Source: Acidimicrobiia bacterium | GTDB lineage: Bacteria > Actinomycetota > Acidimicrobiia > Acidimicrobiales > Aldehydirespiratoraceae | Direction: 5' to 3' | Assembly: GCA_030432715.1 (NCBI GenBank) | Contig: JAUIML010000002.1 | Location: 1-59,326, forward strand | DNA length: 59,326 nt | In this document: positions 17,733 through 26,167 of the stretch, piece after piece | Numbering within the stretch: the first letter of the stretch is position 1 | Layout of the letters: each line of letters opens with the position of its first letter | Made by a program: the position numbers and the translations under genes | The notes under the pieces: model-generated | What the model was told of the DNA's origin: nothing | The model's database searches: none | The model's input: the letters and a program-made list of their open reading frames with translations, nothing else

Positions 17733-18733
17733 CGCCCATCCAACACGCCCGCCGCGAACCGCCAGAGTTCCTCCGAGGCCTCGACCACGTCCGTCGCCGG
17801 ACCCACGACCGACTCCCGGCCGACCGTCACTCCGGGCCATCCGTGGCCGGCGCCGCTCAACCGGAGGTGCACGACCGTCGCGTCACAGCCCGTCCACTCG
17901 ACCCGGGTCGCGGTGTGGCCGTTGTCGGCGACCGTCGGTTCGGCCTCGACCGGGGTCGGCTCACAGCCGTTGGCCTCCGCCCAAGTCGTCAGCGTCTCGA
18001 GCACCGGAACATGCACCACCGTCGAATCGGTCCCCGGGAACGGTGGTCCCTCGCCACCGTCGTAGAGCGCCCGAGGGTCATCCACACTGTGGATCTGCAT
18101 CACCGGCACCGGCGTGGTCGGCACCTGGTCAGGAGCGGCCACCGCACCGACCGCGACCACTGCGGCGAACAGCTCGGGCCGCTCCGCCGCGGCCCGCAAC
18201 GCCATCATCGCGCCATTGCTGTGGCCGGCCACCACGACTCGCTCGGCGTCGAACGTGGCCCGAAGAGCCAGATCCCCGACCACCGCAGCGAGGTAGCCGA
18301 CATCGTCGACATCGGTCCGCGACGCGAGTCCGCAGCAGTAGGCGCCGGCGTTCCACGTGTGCAGCGACGTCCGCCCCACGCCATCGGGGTAGACGACCAC
18401 GAAGCCCTCCCGATCGGCGACGGCATCCAGCCCGACCTGGGCCTGGTGCTGCTCGGCCGATCCACCACCACCGTGAAGGCTCATCACGACGGCGACCGGA
18501 GACCCGGCGAGACCCGGCGGCACATGGACCAGATAGCGACGATCGATGCCGTCGTGCACCAACACGAACTCGTGGTCGCCCTCGGCCAACCACACCGCCA
18601 CCGGCTCCGGCTCCGGCTCCTGCACCGGCGCCGGCGCCGGCGCCGGCGCCGGCGCGACCGCTTCCTCGCCGGGCGGTTCCGCGCACCCGACGAGCACGAG
18701 GATCCCGGCGAGGAACACGATCACGTTTCGCAT
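17729..18733 (-). CDS. Secreted esterase lipoprotein (PHB-depolymerase/LpqC-like alpha/beta hydrolase)
   Basis: Track ORF trimmed to MRNVIVFLAGILVLVGC, which carries a lipobox. An (AP)n/(EP)n linker follows. Also LHGGGGS and the GHSNG nucleophile elbow. Confidence 0.65.
   Translation of the reverse strand: MRNVIVFLAGILVLVGCAEPPGEEAVAPAPAPAPAPVQEPEPEPVAVWLAEGDHEFVLVHDGIDRRYLVHVPPGLAGSPVAVVMSLHGGGGSAEQHQAQVGLDAVADREGFVVVYPDGVGRTSLHTWNAGAYCCGLASRTDVDDVGYLAAVVGDLALRATFDAERVVVAGHSNGAMMALRAAAERPELFAAVVAVGAVAAPDQVPTTPVPVMQIHSVDDPRALYDGGEGPPFPGTDSTVVHVPVLETLTTWAEANGCEPTPVEAEPTVADNGHTATRVEWTGCDATVVHLRLSGAGHGWPGVTVGRESVVGPATDVVEASEELWRFAAGVLDGR
18601..18654. repeat. Hexanucleotide tandem repeats (CCGGCT x3, CCGGCG x5) encoding the EPEPEP/APAPAPAPAP linker
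   Basis: Read directly. They lie inside the esterase CDS. Confidence 0.9.
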
Positions 18734-18783
18734 CCCCGCAGCATGACGTGCGACCATCAGGAAAGTATGAGGAGGAGGCAGCG

Positions 18784-19554
18784 ATGTCTGAAGCAGCAGA
18801 GGCCCTGAAGTCCAACCCGGGCGAGATCGCCGGCTGGCCCAAGTTGGTGGTCAAGTACACGACCGACCAGTCCAACATCGATCCGCTGCTCCCGCCGGGG
18901 CTGAAGCCGATCGACGATGTCGTGCAGGTCGGCGTCTACTGCATCCCCATCCTCAACGAGCCGGAATACGGCTGCAGCATCAAGGTGTCGGCGGAATGGC
19001 AGGGCGTGGCCGGCCAGTACAACCTCGGCATGGGCATCGATCAGGAGGCCGCCGTCCACAACAGCGGCGAGATCAACGGCCAGCCGAAGTTCCTCTGCGA
19101 CATCGACTACTTCCGCCTCGGCGACCACGTGGGCGCCCGGGCCACCCACCAGGGATACACGTTCTTCGAGTACGCGGGCGACGTCACCGGCCCCGGCGAC
19201 GTCGTCGAGGGCGACTTCACCGAACACGAGTGGTGGACCAAGTACTCGAGGGCGATCGGCAATCTCGAGAAGCAGTACGACTTCGCCCCCGTCGTGGTCG
19301 ACGTGGCGACGACGTTCGAGCAGCGTCACGTCGAGAACCTCGACGGGGAGATGATCCTGCGCGACAGCCCGTGGGATCCCGTCCAGCGGTATCTGCCCTG
19401 CAACGAGGTGGTGTCGGCCCAACTGGTCACCCACCAGGCGAAGGCCCGCAACATCACCAACGCCGGACCCCTCGACCCCGACGCCTTCTGGCCCTACGCC
19501 GACACCATCGGCGGCAGCCGTTGGCCGGGCGAACGCGGCGGCCCCCGCCGCTGA
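18784..19554 (+). CDS. Acetoacetate decarboxylase (ADC) family protein
   Basis: Tail of track ORF 18043-19554. The ATG at 18784 is preceded by AGGAGGAGG. MSEAAEALKSNPGEIAGWPKLVVKYTTDQSNIDPLLPPGLKP...GINGQPKF-type core. Family assigned by resemblance only. Confidence 0.55.
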   Translation: MSEAAEALKSNPGEIAGWPKLVVKYTTDQSNIDPLLPPGLKPIDDVVQVGVYCIPILNEPEYGCSIKVSAEWQGVAGQYNLGMGIDQEAAVHNSGEINGQPKFLCDIDYFRLGDHVGARATHQGYTFFEYAGDVTGPGDVVEGDFTEHEWWTKYSRAIGNLEKQYDFAPVVVDVATTFEQRHVENLDGEMILRDSPWDPVQRYLPCNEVVSAQLVTHQAKARNITNAGPLDPDAFWPYADTIGGSRWPGERGGPRR

Positions 19555-19561
19555 CGCCGAT

Positions 19562-19583
19562 CGCGGGGACGACCGCCCCCGCG
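19562..19583 (+). terminator. Hairpin CGCGGGG-N8-CCCCGCG 8 nt after the ADC-like stop
   Basis: 7-bp GC-rich inverted repeat read directly. Confidence 0.4.
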
Positions 19584-19669
19584 GACACATCACGGCCCGA
19601 CCGTCCTAACATCTCCCTCCAACCCGCGCCGCAGGCGGTGGTGCGGGTCGTGGGCGGGCGAGGACGGCG

Positions 19670-21388
19670 ATGCGTTGGTGGACGGTGGTCACGATCGGAG
19701 CACTTCTGTCCGTCGTCGCGCCCGCCGCGCCGGCTGGAGGTCTCCACGAGGACTCGACCGACACGCGGGCGCGCCACCCGCACGACTTCCCCGATCCCCA
19801 CATCGTCTACGACCCGGCCAACCGCACCTACACCGCCTACGCCACCAACACGGGGGTGTCGACGCTGCCGATGTTGACGGCGACCCACCTCGACGACTGG
19901 ACCGCCCAGAGCGACACCTTCGACCCACCTTCGTGGGCGGCTCCGGTCGACGGTGGGGTCGAGCTCTGGGCGCCGTCGGTCCACCAGCTCGCGAACGGAG
20001 AATGGCGGGCCTACTCGGCCATCCGCCAACGGTCCGGTTTCCCGCAGCATCGCTACTGCATCTCGGTGGCCATCGGCCCGGGCCCGGCCGGGCCCTTCAC
20101 CGACGACAGCGACGCGCCGCTCACCTGCGGCTACGGCGCCGCCGGCGCCATCGACCCCTGGGTCCACATCGACGACGAGGGCAATCCGTGGCTGCTGTGG
20201 AAGATGGAGGACCACAAGCGGGTCGACATCGCCGACGACGACGTGCACTTCCCGCTCCCCGGTTGGCTCGTGGCCGTGCGGGCCGACGCCCGCGCCCGCG
20301 GCGAACTCGTCCCCTTGCGCCAGATCGACTCAGCGCCCGACGCGATCTGGTCGCAACGCCTCGACGAGCGCGGCCTTGCGTTCCATCAGCCCGACGACGA
20401 GGCCGAGGACGACACACCCTTCTCGGCATCGATCCTGCTCACGGCCCAGACGAAGACCTGGGAACGCAGCATCGTCGAGAGCCCGGCGATGTTCACCGCT
20501 GGAGGCCGGCTCCATCTGCTCTACAGCGGCAACCGCTACCAGTCCCACGAGTACGCCACGGGCTGGGCGACGTGCGATGGCCCCGACGGGCCTTGCTCGA
20601 GGGCGAGTGACCAGCCGATCCTCGCCCACGGCGACACCATCAACGGACCCGGCGGGGCGTCCGTGTTCGTCGACGGAGCCGGCGACCATCGCATCGCCTT
20701 CCATGCCTGGATCGCTCCCCACGTCTCATACGCCGACGGCGGCAAACGCCTTCTCCACATCGAGCAGCTCTGCGTCCTTCCCGACCGGAGCCTGTCGGTT
20801 CGAGTCCCCGACGGATGGCGTTTCTGCGACGTCGATCCGGTCACCTGGTTCGGGGCCGGCGTTGCATGGATGGCCGACGAGGGCATCACCACCGGCGTGA
20901 GCGAGGGCCGTTTCGCGCCCGAACGCTCGCTGTCCCGCGCCGAGGCGGTCACGTTGCTCTGGCGATGGGCCGGGAGTCCCGCGCCGAGCAGGCCGAGCGC
21001 GTTCACCGACGTCGAGGAGGGGCGCTACTACACCCGCGCCGCCCACTGGGCCGCCGAGGTCGGCATCATCCGCGGTACCACTCCGACGACCTTCGATCCC
21101 GACGCGACGATCAATCGGGCGCAGGTCGTGACGATTCTCCACCGCGCCGCCGGCGAGCCCAGCGGACCGGGCGACCCTGCCTTCGACGACGTACCCTCCG
21201 ACGCGTTCTACGCCGCCGCGACCGACTGGGCCGCCGCGGTCGGCATCACCACCGGCCGCACACCGACCGAGTTCCGGCCGGGCGAATCGGCCACCCGGGC
21301 CCAGTTCTCCACGATGCTGTGCCGGTTCTCCCGCACGGATTCGGCCCGCGCGCGATGGGCCGGGCCGCACTGTGAGGACTCGCCCTGA
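19670..21388 (+). CDS. Secreted GH43-like beta-propeller protein with three C-terminal SLH (S-layer homology) domains
   Basis: Signal peptide MRWWTVVTIGALLSVVAPAAPAGG. GH43-like blocks FPDPHIVYDPANRTYTAYATN, ELWAPSVHQL and IDPWVHIDDEGNPWLLWK. SLH repeats FCDVDPVTWFGAGVAWMADEGITTG, FTDVEEGRYYTRAAHWAAEVGIIRG and FDDVPSDAFYAAATDWAAAVGITTG. Confidence 0.7.
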   Translation: MRWWTVVTIGALLSVVAPAAPAGGLHEDSTDTRARHPHDFPDPHIVYDPANRTYTAYATNTGVSTLPMLTATHLDDWTAQSDTFDPPSWAAPVDGGVELWAPSVHQLANGEWRAYSAIRQRSGFPQHRYCISVAIGPGPAGPFTDDSDAPLTCGYGAAGAIDPWVHIDDEGNPWLLWKMEDHKRVDIADDDVHFPLPGWLVAVRADARARGELVPLRQIDSAPDAIWSQRLDERGLAFHQPDDEAEDDTPFSASILLTAQTKTWERSIVESPAMFTAGGRLHLLYSGNRYQSHEYATGWATCDGPDGPCSRASDQPILAHGDTINGPGGASVFVDGAGDHRIAFHAWIAPHVSYADGGKRLLHIEQLCVLPDRSLSVRVPDGWRFCDVDPVTWFGAGVAWMADEGITTGVSEGRFAPERSLSRAEAVTLLWRWAGSPAPSRPSAFTDVEEGRYYTRAAHWAAEVGIIRGTTPTTFDPDATINRAQVVTILHRAAGEPSGPGDPAFDDVPSDAFYAAATDWAAAVGITTGRTPTEFRPGESATRAQFSTMLCRFSRTDSARARWAGPHCEDSP

Positions 21389-21760
21389 TCACCCGTCGAG
21401 TCGGGCGACGACCTTCTTCGGGGCCAACAGGCGGAAGCTCTCGGTGAGCCAACGGCGGAGATCGGTGATCTTCGGCGCGTCGCCGGGCGGGAAGACGAGA
21501 AGCACCCATCCGCCGGAGCCGACCTGCCAGCGGTCGGCATCGTTCGATGCCCGCGCCTCGATCTCGGGGAGCGATGCGGCGAGCTTGATCCGGAGCTTGC
21601 ACTCGTCGTCCTTCTCGCCCAGGAAGGCGAAGTTCTTGCCGCCGGCCGTGAACGCCCGGTTGACACACGACGAACCCTCCACCGTCTCGGGGAGGCTCAT
21701 CGCGTGGGTCCGGATCTTCTCGCTGATCGGATGCGTGAACGACTCGGGGGCATCGGCCAT
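21389..21760 (-). CDS. MmcQ/YjbR family DNA-binding protein
   Basis: 123-aa ORF. FTHPISEKIRTHAMSLPETVEGSSCVNRAFTAGGKNFAFLGEKDDECKLRIKL...WLTESFRLLAPKK. Confidence 0.55.
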   Translation of the reverse strand: MADAPESFTHPISEKIRTHAMSLPETVEGSSCVNRAFTAGGKNFAFLGEKDDECKLRIKLAASLPEIEARASNDADRWQVGSGGWVLLVFPPGDAPKITDLRRWLTESFRLLAPKKVVARLDG

Positions 21761-21832
21761 ACGCCAGTGTCGCGCGCCGCACCTTGCGGAATCACCTGCG
21801 CTGCGCTCAGATGAGTCGCGGTCAGCGAGGGG

Positions 21833-22864
21833 GTGGCGATGATCAGAGCGGCGCTGCGGGATCTTCAGTTCAGACGACGGCGATTCGCCATCGCCACGCT
21901 CGGGGCCGGACTCGTGTTCGGACTCGGCATCACGATGTCGGGATTGTCCGCCGGTTTCGATCGTGAGGTCGAGCGCATGGTCGCTCTGTCCGAAGCCGAT
22001 CAGTGGCTGGTGGCCGAGACCTCGGCCGGGCCGTTCGCCGGCAACACGCTGCTCCCCGAGGACGCCATCGACCAGGTCGCCGCGCTTCCCGGCGTGACCT
22101 CCGCCGGCGGGTTGGTGTTCACCCCGATGAATGTCGGCGATGCCGAGGACCCCGAACTCGTCAACGTGTTCGGTGTCTTGCCGGGCCGGATCGGCGCGCC
22201 CGACGCACTCCAGAACGCCGGCCAGGTGGTCGTCGACGAGAAGCTCGACATCGGCGTGGGCGACACGCTGATGCTCTCCGGCCGGGCCTTCGAGGTCGCC
22301 GGCATCGTGCGGGCGTCGATGTTCGCCGGCGTTCCCAACGTCTACATCGACCTCGACATCGCCCAGGAACTGGGATTCGCCGGTGGCGACGTCGTCTCCA
22401 CCGTCCTCGTCCAGGGCGACGCCGCGGCGATCCCCGGCCTGCGCACCATGACCAACGGCCAGGTCGAGGAGAACGCCCTGCTCAACCTCGGCGATGCGGT
22501 GTCCACGATCGCCATGGTCCGCACGATCCTGTGGCTGGTCGCCGCGCTGGTCATCGGGTCGGTGCTCTACCTCAACGCCCAGGAACGCACCCGCGACTTC
22601 GCCGTGTTCAAGGCCACCGGCGCCACATCGGCGTCGATCGTGACCGGTCTGGCCGTCCAGGCGGCCGCGATCGCCGTGGTTGCGTCGATCCTGGCCATCA
22701 TCATCGGCCGAGCACTCGTGCCGGTCATGCCGCTGACGATCGAGACGCCGACGTCGACCTACCTCCTCACCCCGTTCGTCGTGCTCGTCGTCTCGCTCTT
22801 CGGGTCGCTCGCCGGAGCCCGGCGAGCCGCCAGCGTCCCACCCGCCGTCGCCTTCGGAGGCTGA
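21833..22864 (+). CDS. ABC transporter permease, FtsX-like
   Basis: 343 aa. It has an N-terminal TM, a large extracytoplasmic loop and a C-terminal FtsX-type three-TM bundle (RTRDFAVFKATGATSASIVTGLAVQAAAIAVVASILAIIIG). Confidence 0.75.
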   Translation: MAMIRAALRDLQFRRRRFAIATLGAGLVFGLGITMSGLSAGFDREVERMVALSEADQWLVAETSAGPFAGNTLLPEDAIDQVAALPGVTSAGGLVFTPMNVGDAEDPELVNVFGVLPGRIGAPDALQNAGQVVVDEKLDIGVGDTLMLSGRAFEVAGIVRASMFAGVPNVYIDLDIAQELGFAGGDVVSTVLVQGDAAAIPGLRTMTNGQVEENALLNLGDAVSTIAMVRTILWLVAALVIGSVLYLNAQERTRDFAVFKATGATSASIVTGLAVQAAAIAVVASILAIIIGRALVPVMPLTIETPTSTYLLTPFVVLVVSLFGSLAGARRAASVPPAVAFGG

Positions 22865-22866
22865 CT

Positions 22867-23868
22867 GTGTCCCGACAAGATCTCGTCATCCGCGACCTGG
22901 TGGTCGAATACCAGAGCGGCCCCAACACCGTGCGGCCGATCGACGGGCTGAGCGTCGAGGTGCCCGCCGGCAACCTGACCCTCCTCCTCGGGCCATCGGG
23001 CTGCGGCAAGAGCACCCTGCTGTCGTGTCTCGGCTCGATCCTCGAACCGACCGCCGGGTCCATCACCCTCGGTGGCGTGGAGACGACGGGCCTCGACCGG
23101 GCCGGGCTGGTCGATCACCGCCGCAATCGCGTCGGCATCGTGTTCCAGTCGTTCAACCTGGTCGAGAGCCTGAGCGCCCTCGAGAACGTGGCCCTTCCCA
23201 TGCGCAGCGCCGGGAAGAAGCGCAAGGAGGCCGACGCCCGAGCTCGCCAACTGCTGGTCGATGTCGGTCTCGAGGAGCGGATGGGGCATCGCCCCGGCGA
23301 ACTCTCGGGTGGACAACAGCAGCGGGTGGCGATCGCCCGTGCCCTGGCTCTCGATCCGCCCCTGATCCTCGCCGACGAGCCGACCGCCCATCTCGACTAC
23401 GTCCAGGTGGAGGAGATCCTCCGGCTGCTGCGTCGGCTCGCCGACGAAGGACGAACCATCGTGATCTCCACCCACGACGAACGCATCCTGCCCCTGGCCG
23501 ATCAGGTCATCGAGATGCAGCCGAAGTTCGCCGCCGGCTTCGACGGCGAGGGCGAGCCCGTCGAGAAGCTCGTCGACAAGGGCACCGCGCTGTTCGAACA
23601 GGGCGACGCGCCCGACCTGATCTATGTCATCGAAGAGGGCTCGTTCGAGGTCGTACGCACCGACCCCAGCGGTGAATCGGTGGTGCTCGCGACGCTCGGG
23701 AGTGGTGACTGTGTCGGCGAGATGGGGCCGCTCTTCGGGCTCCCCCGGTCGGCGACGGTCAGGGCCCTCGACGCCGGACGCGTGATCGGCCACAGTCCGA
23801 AGTCGTTCCGCGAGCAGCTCGGGGTCGACACCCTCAACGCCGTCATCGCCGGCCGCCGCACCCCCTAG
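22867..23868 (+). CDS. ABC transporter ATP-binding protein fused to a C-terminal cyclic-nucleotide-binding (CAP_ED) domain
   Basis: The GTG at 22867 lies 2 nt after the permease stop. Walker [10 protein letters not shown], signature [15 protein letters not shown], Walker B LILADEPT. The last ~100 aa read [22 protein letters not shown]...[24 protein letters not shown], which is a cNMP-binding signature. Confidence 0.85.
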   Translation: MSRQDLVIRDLVVEYQSGPNTVRPIDGLSVEVPAGNLTLLLGPSGCGKSTLLSCLGSILEPTAGSITLGGVETTGLDRAGLVDHRRNRVGIVFQSFNLVESLSALENVALPMRSAGKKRKEADARARQLLVDVGLEERMGHRPGELSGGQQQRVAIARALALDPPLILADEPTAHLDYVQVEEILRLLRRLADEGRTIVISTHDERILPLADQVIEMQPKFAAGFDGEGEPVEKLVDKGTALFEQGDAPDLIYVIEEGSFEVVRTDPSGESVVLATLGSGDCVGEMGPLFGLPRSATVRALDAGRVIGHSPKSFREQLGVDTLNAVIAGRRTP

Positions 23869-23892
23869 CCACCCCCATCACTGCGGTGACGG

Positions 23893-24384
23893 TCAGGATT
23901 CGGGGGAGAACCAGTCGGCGACGAGGTTGAGGCCGGTGATGCCCGAACGGGGGTACATCTCCTCGTAGATGCGGCGGTAGCCGGTCGACTTGATGCGCCA
24001 GCCGTCGTCGGTCTTCACATAGTCGTCGTAGTAGAAGGCCGCGCCGAAGATGTTGATGTCGTGGTCGCCGACGATCACCGTGTCCTCCAGCTTCCAGATG
24101 CCCGAGGCCGTGCCGTCGCCGTGCAGGGTGATCTCGGGATGGTGCACGGCATGGCTCGACAGGAACCTCTCCGACCCCATCGACTCCTTCAGGAAGTCGA
24201 TCACCGCCTCGACCCCGTCGAAGCTGTACTTGCCGTCGCTGTAGCGAGCCACGACATCGTCGGTCAACACGCTGCGCATCTCGTCGAACTCGTGCTGGTC
24301 GAGCACTCGCAGGTACTTGTACTTCAGTTGCTTGATGAGTTCGATCTCGACGAGGTCTTCGGGAGTCATGGCTTCAGGAGTCAT
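23893..24384 (-). CDS. SnoaL-like / NTF2-family protein
   Basis: MTPEAMTPEDLVEIELIKQLKYKYLRVLDQHEFDEMRSVLTDDVVARYSDGK...DDYVKTDDGWRIKS. The start is either 24384 (11-nt overlap with the upstream ABC gene) or 24369 (4 nt after its stop). Confidence 0.6.
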   Translation of the reverse strand: MTPEAMTPEDLVEIELIKQLKYKYLRVLDQHEFDEMRSVLTDDVVARYSDGKYSFDGVEAVIDFLKESMGSERFLSSHAVHHPEITLHGDGTASGIWKLEDTVIVGDHDINIFGAAFYYDDYVKTDDGWRIKSTGYRRIYEEMYPRSGITGLNLVADWFSPES

Positions 24385-26167
24385 GTCCCAATCCAACCAC
24401 CCAGGCGTCGTAGAGGGCGAAATAGTGGCCGCCGGCGGCAACCAGTTCGTCGTGGGACCCGAGCTCGACGAGGCGCCCGTCGCTGACCACGGCCACGCGA
24501 TCGCAGCGTTCGGAGGTCGAGAGTCGGTGGGCGATGGCGATGACGGTCCGGTCGCGCATCAGCGTCTCCATGGCGGTCTCCACCGCGGCCTCGGTGCCGG
24601 GGTCGACCGACGACGTCGCCTCGTCGAGGATCAGCACCGACGGATCGGCCAGCGCGGCGCGGGCCAACGAGACCAGCTGCTTCTCGCCGGCCGACAGTCG
24701 GCTACCCCGCTCGCGAACTTCGGTGGCCAGGCCTTCGGGAAGCTGCTCGAAACGGTCGAGCACCCCGATGCGATCGATCGCGTCGCGGACCTCGGCGTCG
24801 GACGCCTCGGGCCGGGCGACGCGGATGTTGTCGGCGATCGTGCCGCTGAAGAGATATCCCTCCTGAGGGACGACGACCACATGGTCGCGAAGCGACCGCA
24901 GGCCGATGTCGCGGAGATCGACATCGCCCACCCGGACACTGCCCACGGTCGGGTCGTAGAAACGGGCGATGAGCTTCGCCATGGTCGACTTGCCGGCCCC
25001 GGTCGGACCGACGAAGGCGACCCGTTCGCCCGGAGCGATCTCGAGATCGACGTCGCGGAGCACGGGATCACCGCCGGCGTAGCCGAACGACACGGAATCC
25101 AAGACGATCGGTTCGCCGGTGGGCATGTCGACCCCATCCACCGGATCGGCGATCTCGAGGGGTTCGTCGATCAGGCCGTAGAGCTTGTGCAGCGACGCAG
25201 TGGCCGACTGGACCATGTTGAAGAGCTGACTGAGCTGCTGCACCGGCTCGAACAGGGTGCTCAGCAGGAGGATGAACGCCACCACCGTGCCGAGACTGAG
25301 CCGCCCCTCGCGGACCATCCATCCGCCCACCCCGAGGGCCAACGCCGTGGTGGCGGCACCGGCGAACTCGACGATCGGCAGGTACCAACACTGGATCCGG
25401 ACCGACGCCATGTGGGTCCGGTACAGCGAGAAGTTCGCGTCGGAGAACCGCCGGGCCTCGACCTCCTCACGGGCGAAGGCCTGCACGACCCGCACCCCGC
25501 TGATCCCCTCCTGGAGGGTCGACAGGGTGTCGCCGATCTCCTCGCGCACCGCGAGATACGCCTTGTTGGAGTCGCGCTGGAACTTCACGCTCGCCAGGGC
25601 CACGAAGGGGACGGCGACGGCACAGAGCAGCATCAGTTGCCACGACAGCACCATCAGGATCACGAACGAGCCGATGAGCAGCAGGGCCGCGCTGGTGAAC
25701 ATGATCAGGCCGAACTGCACCAGCTCCTGGAGCGAATCGACGTCGGACGTCATGCGCGACACCAACACGCCCGCCTTCTCCCGGTCGTAGAACGCCATCG
25801 ACTGACGCAGGAGCGAGTCGAAGACGCGGGTCCGCATGTCGCGCAGGAACCCCTCACCCACCCGGGCCAGAAGCACGATCGCGTTGCGGAAGCAGAGATA
25901 ACTGACGATCGCGACCACGACATAGAGCCCGATCGACACGTTGAGCTGACCGGAGTCACCCTTGGCGATGCCCTCGTCGATGCCCCGTCGAACCAGGAGC
26001 GGGCCGGCCAGCAGCATCGCCGTCCACAGGACGATCAGGCCCACCGCGCCCAGCGCACCGCGCCGGTAGGGCAACAGCATGCGGGCCGTTCGTCCGAGCA
26101 CCCGACGGGTGGCGTCGATGTCGAGCTGGTCGTCGGGATCGGTTGCGTGCCCCCATGCCCACCCCAT
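24374..26167 (-). CDS. ABC exporter, fused permease/ATPase (second half of a heterodimer)
   Basis: 597 aa. A six-TM domain is followed by GPTGAGKST, LSAGEKQLVSLARAAL and ILDEATS. The start shares 1 nt with the upstream stop. Confidence 0.85.
   Translation of the reverse strand: MGWAWGHATDPDDQLDIDATRRVLGRTARMLLPYRRGALGAVGLIVLWTAMLLAGPLLVRRGIDEGIAKGDSGQLNVSIGLYVVVAIVSYLCFRNAIVLLARVGEGFLRDMRTRVFDSLLRQSMAFYDREKAGVLVSRMTSDVDSLQELVQFGLIMFTSAALLLIGSFVILMVLSWQLMLLCAVAVPFVALASVKFQRDSNKAYLAVREEIGDTLSTLQEGISGVRVVQAFAREEVEARRFSDANFSLYRTHMASVRIQCWYLPIVEFAGAATTALALGVGGWMVREGRLSLGTVVAFILLLSTLFEPVQQLSQLFNMVQSATASLHKLYGLIDEPLEIADPVDGVDMPTGEPIVLDSVSFGYAGGDPVLRDVDLEIAPGERVAFVGPTGAGKSTMAKLIARFYDPTVGSVRVGDVDLRDIGLRSLRDHVVVVPQEGYLFSGTIADNIRVARPEASDAEVRDAIDRIGVLDRFEQLPEGLATEVRERGSRLSAGEKQLVSLARAALADPSVLILDEATSSVDPGTEAAVETAMETLMRDRTVIAIAHRLSTSERCDRVAVVSDGRLVELGSHDELVAAGGHYFALYDAWVVGLGHDS

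Noticed and set aside
18043-19554. Taking the longest-ORF coordinates from the track at face value (for example 18043-19554, 22003-23868, 34299-36356, 38064-39596, 50973-52952, 55138-56964)
   Set aside because: The upstream portions are Arg/Pro-rich shadow sequence overlapping other real genes. Each real gene begins at an internal ATG or GTG, where the recognisable family sequence starts, often with an SD or a stop/start overlap.
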